Positions 23,801 to 36,000 of a stretch of 64,000 nt of DNA are shown piece after piece. The notes beneath the pieces are model-generated. The model saw only the letters and a program-made list of their open reading frames with translations. It did no database searches and was not told where the DNA came from. The DNA is from Balanoglossus misakiensis. Lineage: Eukaryota > Animalia > Hemichordata. Location of the stretch: positions 6,336,791 to 6,400,790 of the forward strand of contig CM082596.2 in NCBI GenBank assembly GCA_040954595.2, written 5' to 3'. The translations under genes were made by a program, and so were the position numbers. Each line of letters opens with the position of its first letter. Position 1 is the first letter of the stretch.

Positions 23801-26010
23801 AAATGGACACAACTCGATACTCATAATTAAAACTGACCATAAACCTAAGATGCTAGAAGTTGCAATGCTAGTAACTGTTGGCTAATAGTTTAAGATTTGT
23901 GTACATGTGCCACTTAACAGGCAAATGGACACAACTCGATACTCATTATTAAAACTGACCATAATCCTAAGATGCTAGAAGTTGCAATGCTAGTAACTGT
24001 TGGCTAATAGTTTAAGATTTGTGTACAGAGTCACTTCACAGGCAAATGGACACAACTCGATACTCATTATTAAAACTGACCATAAACCTAAGATGCTAGA
24101 AGTTGCAATGCTAGTAACTGTTGGCTAATAGTTTAAGATTTGTGTACATGTGCAACTTAACAGGCAAATGGACACAACTCGATACTCATAATTAAAACTG
24201 ACCATAAACCTAAGATGCTAGAAGTTGCAATGCTAGTAACTGTTGGCTAATAGTTTAAGATTTGTGTACATGTGCCACTTAACAGGCAAATGGACACAAC
24301 TCGATACTCATTATTAAAACTGACCATAATCCTAAGACCCTAATAGTTGCAATGCTAGTAACTGTTGGCTAATAGTTTAAGATTTGTGTACACATGCCAC
24401 TTGACAGGCGAATGGACACAACTCGATACTCATTATTAAAACTGACTAAAATCATAAGATGCTAGAAGTTGCAATGCTAGTAACTGTTGGCTAATAGTTT
24501 AAGATTTGTGTACATGTGCCACTTAACAGGCAAATGGACACAACTCGATACTCATTATTAAAACTGACCATATACCTAAGATGCTAGAAGTTGCAATGCT
24601 AGTAACTGTTGGCTAATAGTTTAAGATTTGTGTACATGTGCCACTTAACAGGCAAATGGACACAACTCGATACTTATTATTAAAACTGACCATAAACCTA
24701 AGATGCTAGAAGTTGCAATGCTAGTAACTGTTGGCTAATAGTTTAAGATTTGTGTACATGTGCCACTTAACAGGCAAATGGACACAACTCGATACTCATT
24801 ATTAAAACTGACCATAAACCTAAGATGCTAGAAGTTGCAATGCTAGTAACTGTTGGCTAATAGTTTAAGATTTGTGTACATGTGCCACTTAACAGGCAAA
24901 TGGACACAACTCGATACTCATTATTAAAACTGACCATAAACCTAAGATGCTAGAAGTTGCAATGCTAGTAACATTTGGCTAATAGTTTAAGATTTGTGTA
25001 CATGTGCCACTTAACAGGCAAATGGACACAACTCGATACTCATTATTAAAACTGACCATAAACCTACGATGCTAGAAGTTGCAATGCTAGTAACTGTTGG
25101 CTAATAGTTTAAGATTTGTGTACATGTGCCACTTAACAGGCAAATGGACACAACTCGATACTCATTATTAAAACTGACCATAAACCTAAGATGCTAGAAG
25201 TTGCAATGCTAGTAACTGTTGGCTAATAGTTTAAGATTTGTGTACATGTGCCACTTAACAGGCAAATGGACACAACTCGATACTCATTATTAAAACTGAC
25301 CATAAACCTAAGATGCTAGAAGTTGCAATGCTAGTAACTGTTGGCTAATAGTTTAAGATTTGTGTACATGTGCCACTTAACAGGCAAATGGACACAACTC
25401 GATACTCATTATTAAAACTGACCATAAACCTAAGATGCTAGAAGTTGCAATGCTAGTAACTGTTGGCTAATAGTTTAAGATTTGTGTACATGTGCCACTT
25501 AACAGGCAAATGGACACAACTCGATACTCATTATTAAAACTGACCATAAACCTAAGATGCTAGAAGTTGCAATGCTAGTAACTGTTGGCTAATAGTTTAA
25601 GATTTGTGTACATGTGCCACTTAACAGGCAAATGGACACAACTCGATACTCATTATTAAAACTGACCATAAACCTAAGATGCTAGAAGTTGCAATGCTAG
25701 TAACTGTTGGCTAATAGTTTAAGATTTGTGTACATGTGCCACTTAACAGGCAAATGGACACAACTCGATACTCATTATTAAAACTGACCATAAACCTAAG
25801 ATGCTAGAAGTTGCAATGCTAGTAACTGTTGGCTAATAGTTTAAGATTTGTGTACATGTGCCACTTAACAGGCAAATGGACACAACTCGATACTCATTAT
25901 TAAAACTGACCATAAACCTAAGATGCTAGAAGTTGCAATGCTAGTAACTGTTGGCTAAAAGTTTAAGATTTGTGTGCATGTGCCACTTCACAGGCAAAAT
26001 TACACAATTA
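20872..26010 (-). repeat. 122-bp satellite array, - orientation, ~42 monomers
   Basis: Reverse complement of the 7381-13742 monomer; period 122 (22139 to 22261). Confidence 0.98.
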
Positions 26011-26275
26011 GAAACAAATTGATACTAATTATTAAAACTGATCATTACCATTAGAACAAATTGATACTAATTATTAAAACTGATCATTACCATTAGATGC
26101 TTAATGTTGCCATTCTTTTTCGCTGTAGGCCTCTTGCGAAAAATATTGAATACATATGCGTTTTCATAAGCACAAGTACAAATAGATTCAATGTAAATTA
26201 GTTCACCACATTTTGGCAAAAACATATTTTGTCCCTTTCAGTAGCCCATATGGCAACTATGCTTGAATTTTGAAA

Positions 26276-26950
26276 GCCCAATAAAACACTTTCTGGACAC
26301 ATCAATTCTTTGAACCCTGTTACAAAGCTGATACCGGAGGTAAGGCAAACAATGCTTGTGTTTAAAGTTGATACAAAGCTTTACTTTTGTACTTACATTC
26401 AGCAAATTGAGCTGAGGAAAGTAGAGGAAAGCAAACTGGACAATTAGTTTTTCCTATCGTCCTATGACTTCATGTACAAGTCATAAAAGTGATCAGTGAA
26501 ATACTTCATTTCTGGGGTCCATTTCATCAGAAGATCACAGCTTGTCCTTTGGCTTTTTAGATGAAACAATTGTTGATCATTTCACACACACATGCCAGGA
26601 TGGCTGTAAAAAAACACCTACTTAAAATGAAAAAGAGAACACAATGTTAACAGTTGGTACTCATAGTAATCAGCAATAGTTGGGTGCCAGGAAATGCAGA
26701 AATGAGCTTTGGCAGAATTATGGCTAAAGACATCCAACCATCCATATATCTACCAATCCGACCAACACAACACACATACACGTACCGGTACATGTAACTG
26801 TAGGCAAAAAGTAGATGTACTGTTAATGTGCCGTTTCACAGGATAAAGAACACAAAATCCTTAGTTGCTAAAAGTTGCCATGCTAGTCGCCGTATGCCAA
26901 TAGTGAAAGATTTATGTACATGTGCCACTTAACAGGCAGAAGTACACAAC
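26276..26950 (-). repeat. Right arm of the long-range inverted repeat (partner 6660-7370)
   Basis: Reverse-complement match to 6660-7370. Confidence 0.95.
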
Positions 26951-28020
26951 TGGATACTTTAATCATAAACGCGAGGTCCCAAAAGTTGTAATGCTAGTCG
27001 CTGTTGGCTGATAATGAAAACCTTGTCTTCATGTGCCACTTAACGGACAAGAGCACACAACTTGATACTTATCATTAGCACAGTTGATCATCCTGTGATG
27101 CTAAAAGTTGCCATGCTAGTCTCTGTTGGCCAATAGTGAAACACTTGTGTACATGTGCCACTTAACAGGCAAGAGTACACAACTTGATACTTATCATTAA
27201 CATTGTTGATCATTCTGTGATGCTAAAAGTTGCCATGCTAGTCTCTGTTGGCCAATAGTGAAACACTTGCGTACATGTGCCACTTAACAGGCAAGAGTAC
27301 ACAACTTGATACTTATCATTAACATTGTTGATCATCCTGTGATGCTAAAAGTTGCCATGGTAGTCTCTGTTGGCCAATAGTGAAACACTTGCGTACATGT
27401 GCCACTTAACAGGCAAGAGTACACAACTTGATACTTATCATTAACATTGTTGATCATTCTGTGATGCTAAAAGTTGCCATGCTAGTCTCTGTTGGCCAAT
27501 AGTGAAACACTTGTGTACATGTGCCACTTAACAGGCAAGAGCACACAACTTGATACTTATCATTAACATTGTTGATCATCCTGTGATGCTAAAAGTCAAA
27601 ATGCTAGTCACTGTAGGCCAATAGTGACAGATTTGTGTACATGTGCCACTTCACAGGCAAAAGTACACAACTCAATACTCATTATTTAAACTGATCATAA
27701 TGTTGATATGCTTAAAGTTGTAATGCTAGCGACTGTTGGCCAATAGTGAAAAATGTGTGTACATGTACCACTTCACAGGCAAAAGTACACAACTCAACAC
27801 TCATTATTAAAACTGACCATAATCCTAAGATGCTAAAAGTTGCAATGCTAGTAACTGTTGGCTCATAGTGAAAAATGTGTATACATGTACCACTTCACAT
27901 CAAAAGTACACAACTCAATACTCATTATTAAAACTGATCATAATGTTGATATGCTTAAAGTTGTAATGCTAGTAACTGTTGGCCAATAGTGAAAAATTTG
28001 TATACATGTACCACTTCACA
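26930..28020 (-). repeat. Outer variant satellite block (~122-bp units), - orientation
   Basis: TGTACATGTGCCACTTAACAGGCAAGAGTACACAACTTGATACT repeated; period 122 (27121 to 27243). Confidence 0.92.
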
Positions 28021-28489
28021 CAAACCATGGCAAAACCGGTTAGTACTGGACTGCAGCTACCTCAGGTCCTGTTCAAACTTTCCTCCTACGAAGATTTACG
28101 ATTACATTTGATTACATCGCGGTGTACCATTTACCTTTGTATAAGTGACGGCACCGACAATACGACACATTAGCTTGCGACATCGACATTATGACAGTAC
28201 GACAGGCCATCGACTCACACTACGTGCATCGACTCACACGAAGACGCCATATTGGAACTTTTCGTTGCATTTGCACCTGGCTTGTATTCAGGTTTTGGTT
28301 CGGATCCCCTACGTGCGCAACTAGCCACCCATTCCCATTCAGGTACTATTCCTTCTCTTTACGATAAAACAAGTTGTCGGTCATATTTGCGCGTTTCATA
28401 TCATACACAAACAAATAAATATACAAGAATTGCATCAACTTTCAAAGTCGTCCTTCAAATAAGCCTCAAATAAGTGTAGAGTTGAAAAA

Positions 28490-28939
28490 CGTATAAAATG
28501 CTATTTAAGAACCTTGGTGATCGACTACGTGTATTAAATCCTATCTAAGAACCTTTCCACGTGTATAAAATGCTATTTAAGAACCTTGGAGATCGACTAC
28601 GTGTATTAAATCCTATTTAAGAACCTTGGTGATCGACTACGTGTATTAAATCCTATTTAAGAACTTTGGTGATCGACTACGTGTATTAAATCCTATTTAA
28701 GAACCTTGGTGATCGACTATGTGTATTAAATCCTATTTAAGAACTTTGGTGATCGACTACGTGTATTAAATCCTATTTAAGAACCTTGGTGGTCGACTAC
28801 GTGTATTAAATCCTATTTAAGAACCTTGGTGATTGGCTACGTGTATTAAATCCTATTTAAGAACCTTGGTGATTGGCTACGTGTATTAAATCCTATTTAA
28901 GAACCTTGGTGATCGACTACGTGTATAAAATCCTATTTA
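28490..28939. repeat. 40-bp minisatellite, ~11 copies
   Basis: Unit GAACCTTGGTGATCGACTACGTGTATTAAATCCTATTTAA. Confidence 0.96.
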
Positions 28940-29746
28940 TTAACCGGTTTATCAATCATACGCAGATAATGATGGATTGTTTGCCAAAATTTCATTAAAT
29001 TTTCGCGTATTAAATACCTTCTTATAGTTGACTTTTAAACATCTTGAAAATCTCGACTCGCATAAAACTGCAGCAGTCTGAGTCAATAAGCAAATATGTG
29101 TAGCTTTTTTTTACTGATTTGTAAACGTTACTGAGACCTACAGGAATTGTTTCTTCCTGTGTATTTTATTCTTATATGATTTCTGTAATATTTTGGTTAA
29201 ATGATAAATTTCATTTCTGCAGATAAATTTTCTTCCGGACAAGCAGGTGTATAATTAATTTAAACTCAGAAAAGAACATCCCCTATGGTATCATATTTTT
29301 CAGGTCAAGTTCACTTCATATAAACTTGAAAGCACTTGTTCAAGGCTAAACGTAAACATTCAGTCAATTTTTAATGTGATGGGTTCGCATTTTTGACATT
29401 ATTATGTACATGAGAAGTGCGCTTCGTTGCTCTACTAAGCTAAGGTATGCTACACCGTTGAAGGACATAGCTAGGACAGTCTATGAAAGCCCCCACTCAC
29501 CTTTCCACCCCCTCCGCATGTGACCTGTACCAAGAAGCTTGAAGGATATATCCTTTTAAAATGACTGTAAAAAATAAATAAACATTTTTTAAGTCAATTT
29601 TCTGTTGATCTGAAATGGCCTTTTTTGTTTGTATTAGCGACCATTTCTTCTGTGAAGGCGGGAGAGAATTCTGCTCGCATGATGAAAACGATCATTTTTG
29701 TTGACACGCGTGTACTGTGCCAAGGTTTCCATCGGTTTGGTATTAA

Positions 29747-30251
29747 AGGCACGTAAGCTGCAACTTTTGGGATAATAATCATAATTTTTGTTTCAAACTG
29801 TACTACCATTAATCTATGCAGATGAAGGCAGAGAACTAAACACAAGCATTATAAACCCTAAATATGAGTGCATATGCAAGTTCTAAGCAGATAAATAATA
29901 AAGCTTTGCCGCAAGCGATTATGGCCGCCACCGTGGGAAAATGCAAAATACAACGAAAATGTTGCATTTCCGGTTATGAAACTTTATAAACAAAACATGA
30001 TCTCATCCACTTGAGCTCATGGAAGTAAATGTACACCGCTGAGACATTATATTTTCCTTTTTCTTTCCAATATTGCACTTTTTAAAAAATTGCAGGAATT
30101 TTCGTTTTTCTTCAATTTTTGACCATTTTGTTATAAATAAGTGTTGAGCTTGATATATTATCATGAAATATCATTTAATAGACATGATTAAAAGCGTATA
30201 TGAGATTATTTAAAACTTTAATTTTTTTATCCAGTTGCAGCTCATGTACCT
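29747..30251. mobile_element. Non-autonomous DNA transposon (MITE) with TTAA target-site duplication (Kolobok/piggyBac-type target)
   Basis: TTAA|AGGCACGTAAGCTGCAACT ... AGTTGCAGCTCATGTACCT|TTAA (16/19 TIR match). Confidence 0.75.
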
Positions 30252-33020
30252 TTAAGGAAGAATTAGAAGAGCGGGCAGTGTTTATTTGCTGAGATGAACA
30301 ACCATATTATAAAAAGGTGGAGTGTCATTTCCAAAACATATGCAAAATAGACTGATGTTGTTCGTGAATAAATTGAACATTTTTTTTAAATCCATGCTGC
30401 ACCTCCATAAATATTCAAATCGTTCATGGCATACGTGCATATTTATGGGAGTGGACTATCAAATTTGCTGTCCGTGAAGGTGTAATTGCTAGCCCCCAAC
30501 ATCTAGGATTCAATGTCGCGCATGCTTTGCAAGTCATAACGCTTGAAAGAACAGAGCCTTGATCTCTGAGCGGACCTGATTAAATATACTCCACATGTAA
30601 ATGATGTAGTCACTGACCTTGGGGTCATACATGATTCATAAACTCTGACACTCGCCCTCCAAAATTCAATAACGATATTAAATGTTAATGTTACGTTGAG
30701 TTAATTTATTACGTTTGTGCATGAATCATAGCATCAGGTTGCCCTAGCTGGTGGTCACAGAATCTTTGGTCAAATTACATGTACAGTACTTGTTAGTTTT
30801 GACTATCTGGAGTACCCATTTCTGTGTGATTCCCTCTCTTTTTGTCTCATTTCCAATCAACTTTGATATGCCTGGCCTCCTGAGCAGAGAGAACAATACC
30901 GATGGTGTGTTTCTAAATAGGAAAGTCACGCATGAGCAGTTCAGACGACCCTCGCCCTTTAAACTGGAGGGCTGGGTTGGCGTGTATACCCAAAACCACA
31001 CTGGAAGGAACTCGAATGTCACAGATAGTTATGGGAACACACACAGCAGTATGCTCCCGAGTATAAAAAGATTTGACAGTCTATGTCTTTTTATGCGGGC
31101 GCCTACTTTGCCACAAATCCCCTGTCAGTAAGATTAGGGATTACATGAACATCACGGTGACTTCCTTCTAGACAAGAAGAAGAAGAAAAAAAGACCAGTA
31201 GAAGTCAATTGAAATGTTAAGATATTAGAAAAGAAAACTTTCGATGGTAATCGTTTCCTGAACTGCTAATGCTTCCTTGAATCTCGGTTCATGATGAACC
31301 ATCATCGGGAGAGAAAATAATAATGGAAAATTGATCATATTTGTTAAGCTTCTGACAATCATGAACCTTTTAATCCAGCTAAATGTAACAATAAGTATTG
31401 AAAGTCTCCCGTGGTGATTTCATTTACAAAACTGACTATTCCTCAGGACATTTTTTCTAATTGGGCAATTTTTTTAATGTAAGGGACGATTTCTGTGAAT
31501 ATTCTATCCAGATAGAAATCATACGTTCGCTGTTGCTCTGGGAGAAAAAAAGAGAATGGCGTATAATGAGAAATTTGAGAGGAATTTTCTTAAAAGCAAT
31601 CTGGAGCTGACATTTACAGGACAATATTCATCAGTTCGGAGATATCCGATTTCTGATCACTCAGATAGAGGTTTTATACGGACGCGGGTATGTCTGACTC
31701 GCTACATGTCTATGTCTGTCAGAACATGGGGGAACTCGGCTATACAATGAAATGTAATACAACCTTTGAAATGTTCATCTCCAAAATAAGACATCACCAA
31801 TAAGCGAACGTTCTGGTGCACAAATGGACGGTGTATGATTACTGGGAAATTACACTCATTTGAGTCCAAATTTCTGGATGCATGTTTCATTGCAGTCAAT
31901 GCTGTTATCATAGATCTGATAGTGATATCAAAGAAGTGATTGGAAACGGAGTTGGCAGTACTTGCTTTGCTGAGGCTCTCACTTAGTCCGTCTCATGAAA
32001 GCAGCATTTAAGATAATCGTGCAATCGGTAGAATGAAGCCACAGGTCAGAGTAAAAAGAGATAATTTCAATTTGCACACCCAAGCTACCGTACTTTCAGT
32101 TGGTTATCCCTAGCAATATTATCATCATGGTTATTTTTATGCATGTACGTTATAACTCCTTTGGATTTTGCAAACTTAATATTTCGAAGAAAAACATAAG
32201 CTTGGGATGATTGTTTTAGATATGCCATTTATGTAGTGACGTCACAGGTTTGCGATATGACCTTTTCGTACTAAAGTTTCTCCATCAGCAGGTGTCGCCT
32301 TCGCTTTCCACGAAGGAGTCACCGGAAGCCAGCACGCGGAACAGATCTGAAGTGAGCATTTAGGGGGCATTAGCGAAAATGTCCGCTGTATCCTTGAATT
32401 TGCCTTCTATTAGTGCCGTGTCAATGGAAATCACACGGCGCAGACCCCCCCCCCCCCCCTCCCCCTCGACGGACGCGGATCGGGCTTGCCGGCGCCCGGA
32501 TTGCAGGGTTCTCCGAAATGTCAGGGCTGCCAAACGCTCGTCAAGTTGAAGGGAATTTCCTGTTCGTTCCTGTTTTTTAAAGCCGTTCCCTGAATTCAGC
32601 GTGTGGTGGTTCGGTCGGATAATAATGAGACAGGCAACCAGCCGAGGTTGCTATAGCGACGCTGCACACCTTGCATCCAAGATGGCGCGTTGCTGCTCTG
32701 TTTAAAGTGATGAAGCGCGTAGTATTGTGTACAGTCGCGATGATTCAAAGTACTGTTACTAATTTGAATCACGAAACAGCAGGAGCCCAAATGGAAGAGG
32801 AGTGACATTTTATAAGGAAACATGCCGCGAGAATCGTGTTTTTGAGAGAGGACAACTTCATTTTTAAAGAGGGGGTGGCAAGTTATCAGCATGTTCTACA
32901 GTTAGGATGTGACCATAAAATGTAGGCCTAGTTTTTCCTCGATGCCCTTCTTTGATTAATTATTACAGCCTGAAATTCAGAAACAATTGTGAAAAAGCAC
33001 GTGAATTGCAAACCTAGTTA

Positions 33021-33021
33021 C

Positions 33022-33085
<64 letters not shown>
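33021..33085. repeat. (TCA)n microsatellite, ~21 units
   Basis: Pure trinucleotide run. Confidence 0.98.
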
Positions 33086-36000
33086 GGTCAATCAATCACC
33101 ATGGTCGCGCAAGCCAATCGGCCTCATGGTCAACTGATCAGAAAAAAAGCATATTAGGTATCCTAAAGTTCTGCCAAAATTGTTATATTTGTCCTTTTAA
33201 GCATTCCAGGTGTAGCCACTAGCGACCTATATTAATTTAAATGTCCTGACTATTAAAGAAATCTTCCAACACGGCACAAATGAATATGTGTACAAAGTCT
33301 TGTTTTAGTTCCCGCGTGACTGCCAATACGGTATGAAACACTACAGCGATCGGTGTCAAAACACTTTTACACCGGGGAATGGAAGAGCAGTGTCCCGGCA
33401 CGCTCCGGGCGGGACTCTCGACTTACAAAACGCGCCAGATGAGCAGCGTGTTCTCCCAACCGTGGCAACCGGGGGAAGAAGAAGAAGAAGACGGATCGCG
33501 GCGCGCCGGAGCAGACGTGACTCCGTTTATTAATTTCACCTAATCAAAACGGTGGAAGCGGCGCTATGTGTCAAAAACCCGGAGCGCGCAGGCAGGGGAG
33601 AGCAGCACAGACAATTAACCACGAGATGGTGATGAATCGATCGTTGGCATATCCATCATCTTTATTAGAATCCCCAGCGTCGCCTTGGTGATGCATCATC
33701 GTAAACGACAGTGACGTGTTTACACGAGAAAATCGCCGGTGACGAGAACCGCGTAATTGGAGTCAGGGCCCCTAACATTAGGCGATAAATCTTGCATAAG
33801 GTAGTCTTTCCCGCGCCTTCAGCCTCACTGCACGTGTAATAATCATGTCGCCTATCTTGATTTTTTTTATTCAGTTTTCAGACAAATCCTTAACGTTTAC
33901 CTGCAGAAACTGGACAATTTTGAAAATCGTGTGTCTCCAATGGCCAAATAATCTGTATAACTAGGATGAGACTGGTCACAAACGATGCCAAAACTAATGC
34001 TAATATGAAAAATGGATCATTTTACTGAAATGTTCACTTTTGCATTCCGCTGCCTCTCAGACATCGCGCGAAACGTAATAATAGTTTACGGATGAGAACT
34101 TCATATAAGCAAAACTGAAATCTGATAATTTTTCAAATAGATCCATAGCGCATTCTCGCAGGAGCTGTTCCGCATTCCTTTCACGGATCATACTTTTGCA
34201 CAGTCTTCAAGAACCCATTTATTATTGATAGCACTTTACTTTGCGTTCTCCAAAGGGTCACACTCTAATACCATGCTCACTGGAATATAGCGGATTACTG
34301 GTTGTCAAAAAAACTCAACTCACAGCATATTTATATAAACATCAGTACTACTATGATGCAACTATTGGTATTGACCAAAAATAAGTTATGGAAGTACAGT
34401 ATTAGTAAATGATATGTATTATAGCCATGTACAGGAATGGGGCAGGCAACTGTTCACTGTGCCACTAAAACCCTTCGGCTGTGACAGATGATGTACATCC
34501 CCGAGCAACCGAAGGTTGTATGATCCGCGTCCGTGCTATCCGATTCATATTTGAAGACCGTTAACAACAACAAAGCATTGGAGTGCAAGTGGGCAGGTAT
34601 ATCGAATTATCTCCGAGAGGAAGAGTTTATTTTTGAGAAACCGAGTCCAGAAATACAGTGTGGAAAAATAATCCGTTGCAATGTGGGCAGGAATGCGTTC
34701 AAGGAGGACTGGCTTGTTATTGTTGGGGAAATGATGAAAGACCGACCTGTCCGGTTTGACGAAAGGAAGGGTTGGCGAAAGAATGCTTGTTTGGTGGGAC
34801 TACGACTTGGTGCTCTCCGATTGGCCGACTGCGGACATATATCTCAAGTCCGGAAAGCTAGCAAATCGGACGTTATATCATTCCTAACAGCTTGCTAGCA
34901 TGTGACTGACACTGAGAATCCTAGAATTTAAGCAGATTCTGTTGTGATGTTAAGGTTTGCCGAAAATGTTGACTAACTTTTCACGTGCTTGGAGCTGTCA
35001 CGAGATGCGGTCCAGAGACCAATCCACCTGCATAGGGGTGGGGGGGGGTGTCAATCGACTAAGAAAGTTAAAAATCTGCTGGTTTCGTATTGGAAACCTC
35101 TGATTGGCCTTTGCAAGAACTGCAATTGCTGGAAAGTTTTTATAAAAGTCTGGTTGTATAGATCGAATTAACAACACGAGACATGTGCACATACCGCGAT
35201 CGACAAGTTCTCAAAATATCGAGGTGATCGCATTTCAGCATGATTGGTGACAGAATATTCCGAGCGACGTTAACCAGATATCGACGTTTCGAGTTATAAG
35301 ATAAATAATTATCCAGGCCTTCCCTACAGTTTACTTCCCACCTTGCAGTCTGGTTTGGACCAAAAAGATCCGTTTTTTAATTTTTGAGGAACTTTGTCAA
35401 ATTTGCACGTGCGTTTTACTTGTGAATCAGTCCATGAGATACTAGTACTTTCGATTGTGAACTCCCCCCCCCCCCCCCAGTGTATAAAAGAATTAAAGTG
35501 ACATCTAATTCTACTTATGGACTAAACAATTTAAACGTACAACTAACTCAAGAGGACGAGTTTATCGGTCAGTGAGTGGAGCTGAAGCCTCAGTTATTCT
35601 GGAAAGCCATGTGGCGCATTTGATATTTGAGGTCACAAGGTCACCAGTGTCGAGTTAGCTGGTTAGGGGTTTATTTAGTAAACTAATAGGTCGGGAGGCC
35701 GTCACCAAGACGAGGATTCAGTTACTCAAGTTGGCCGGAGGAGTACGTGACAGCTTCGGCAAATTAAGATCATTTCCTGTCGACTGTCAGAAAAAGAAAC
35801 GTTTATTTCAATGCAAAACCAGAAATGCATCGGTTGAAATGCTTATAGGAATTTACCAATTCATATCTTTTGTGTCTACGTAAGGTTTCGCGTGGCTTAT
35901 TCAAATCATCTCTTAAATTCATTCATGGGAGAAAGGGGAATACCGAGATTAAATAAGGTCTGTGAAATCGCTGGTGGAAATGTGCAGATTGTTGAATCGG

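Noticed and set aside
7381-26010. CRISPR-like array
   Set aside because: The units are whole tandem monomers without unique spacers, there are no cas genes, and the context is eukaryotic
900-28940. Autonomous transposon, Polinton or endogenous virus explaining the palindrome
   Set aside because: No transposase, integrase, Rep/helicase, polymerase or capsid ORF, and no terminal TIR or TSD found
32989-33222. Poly-Ser ORF
   Set aside because: (TCA)n microsatellite
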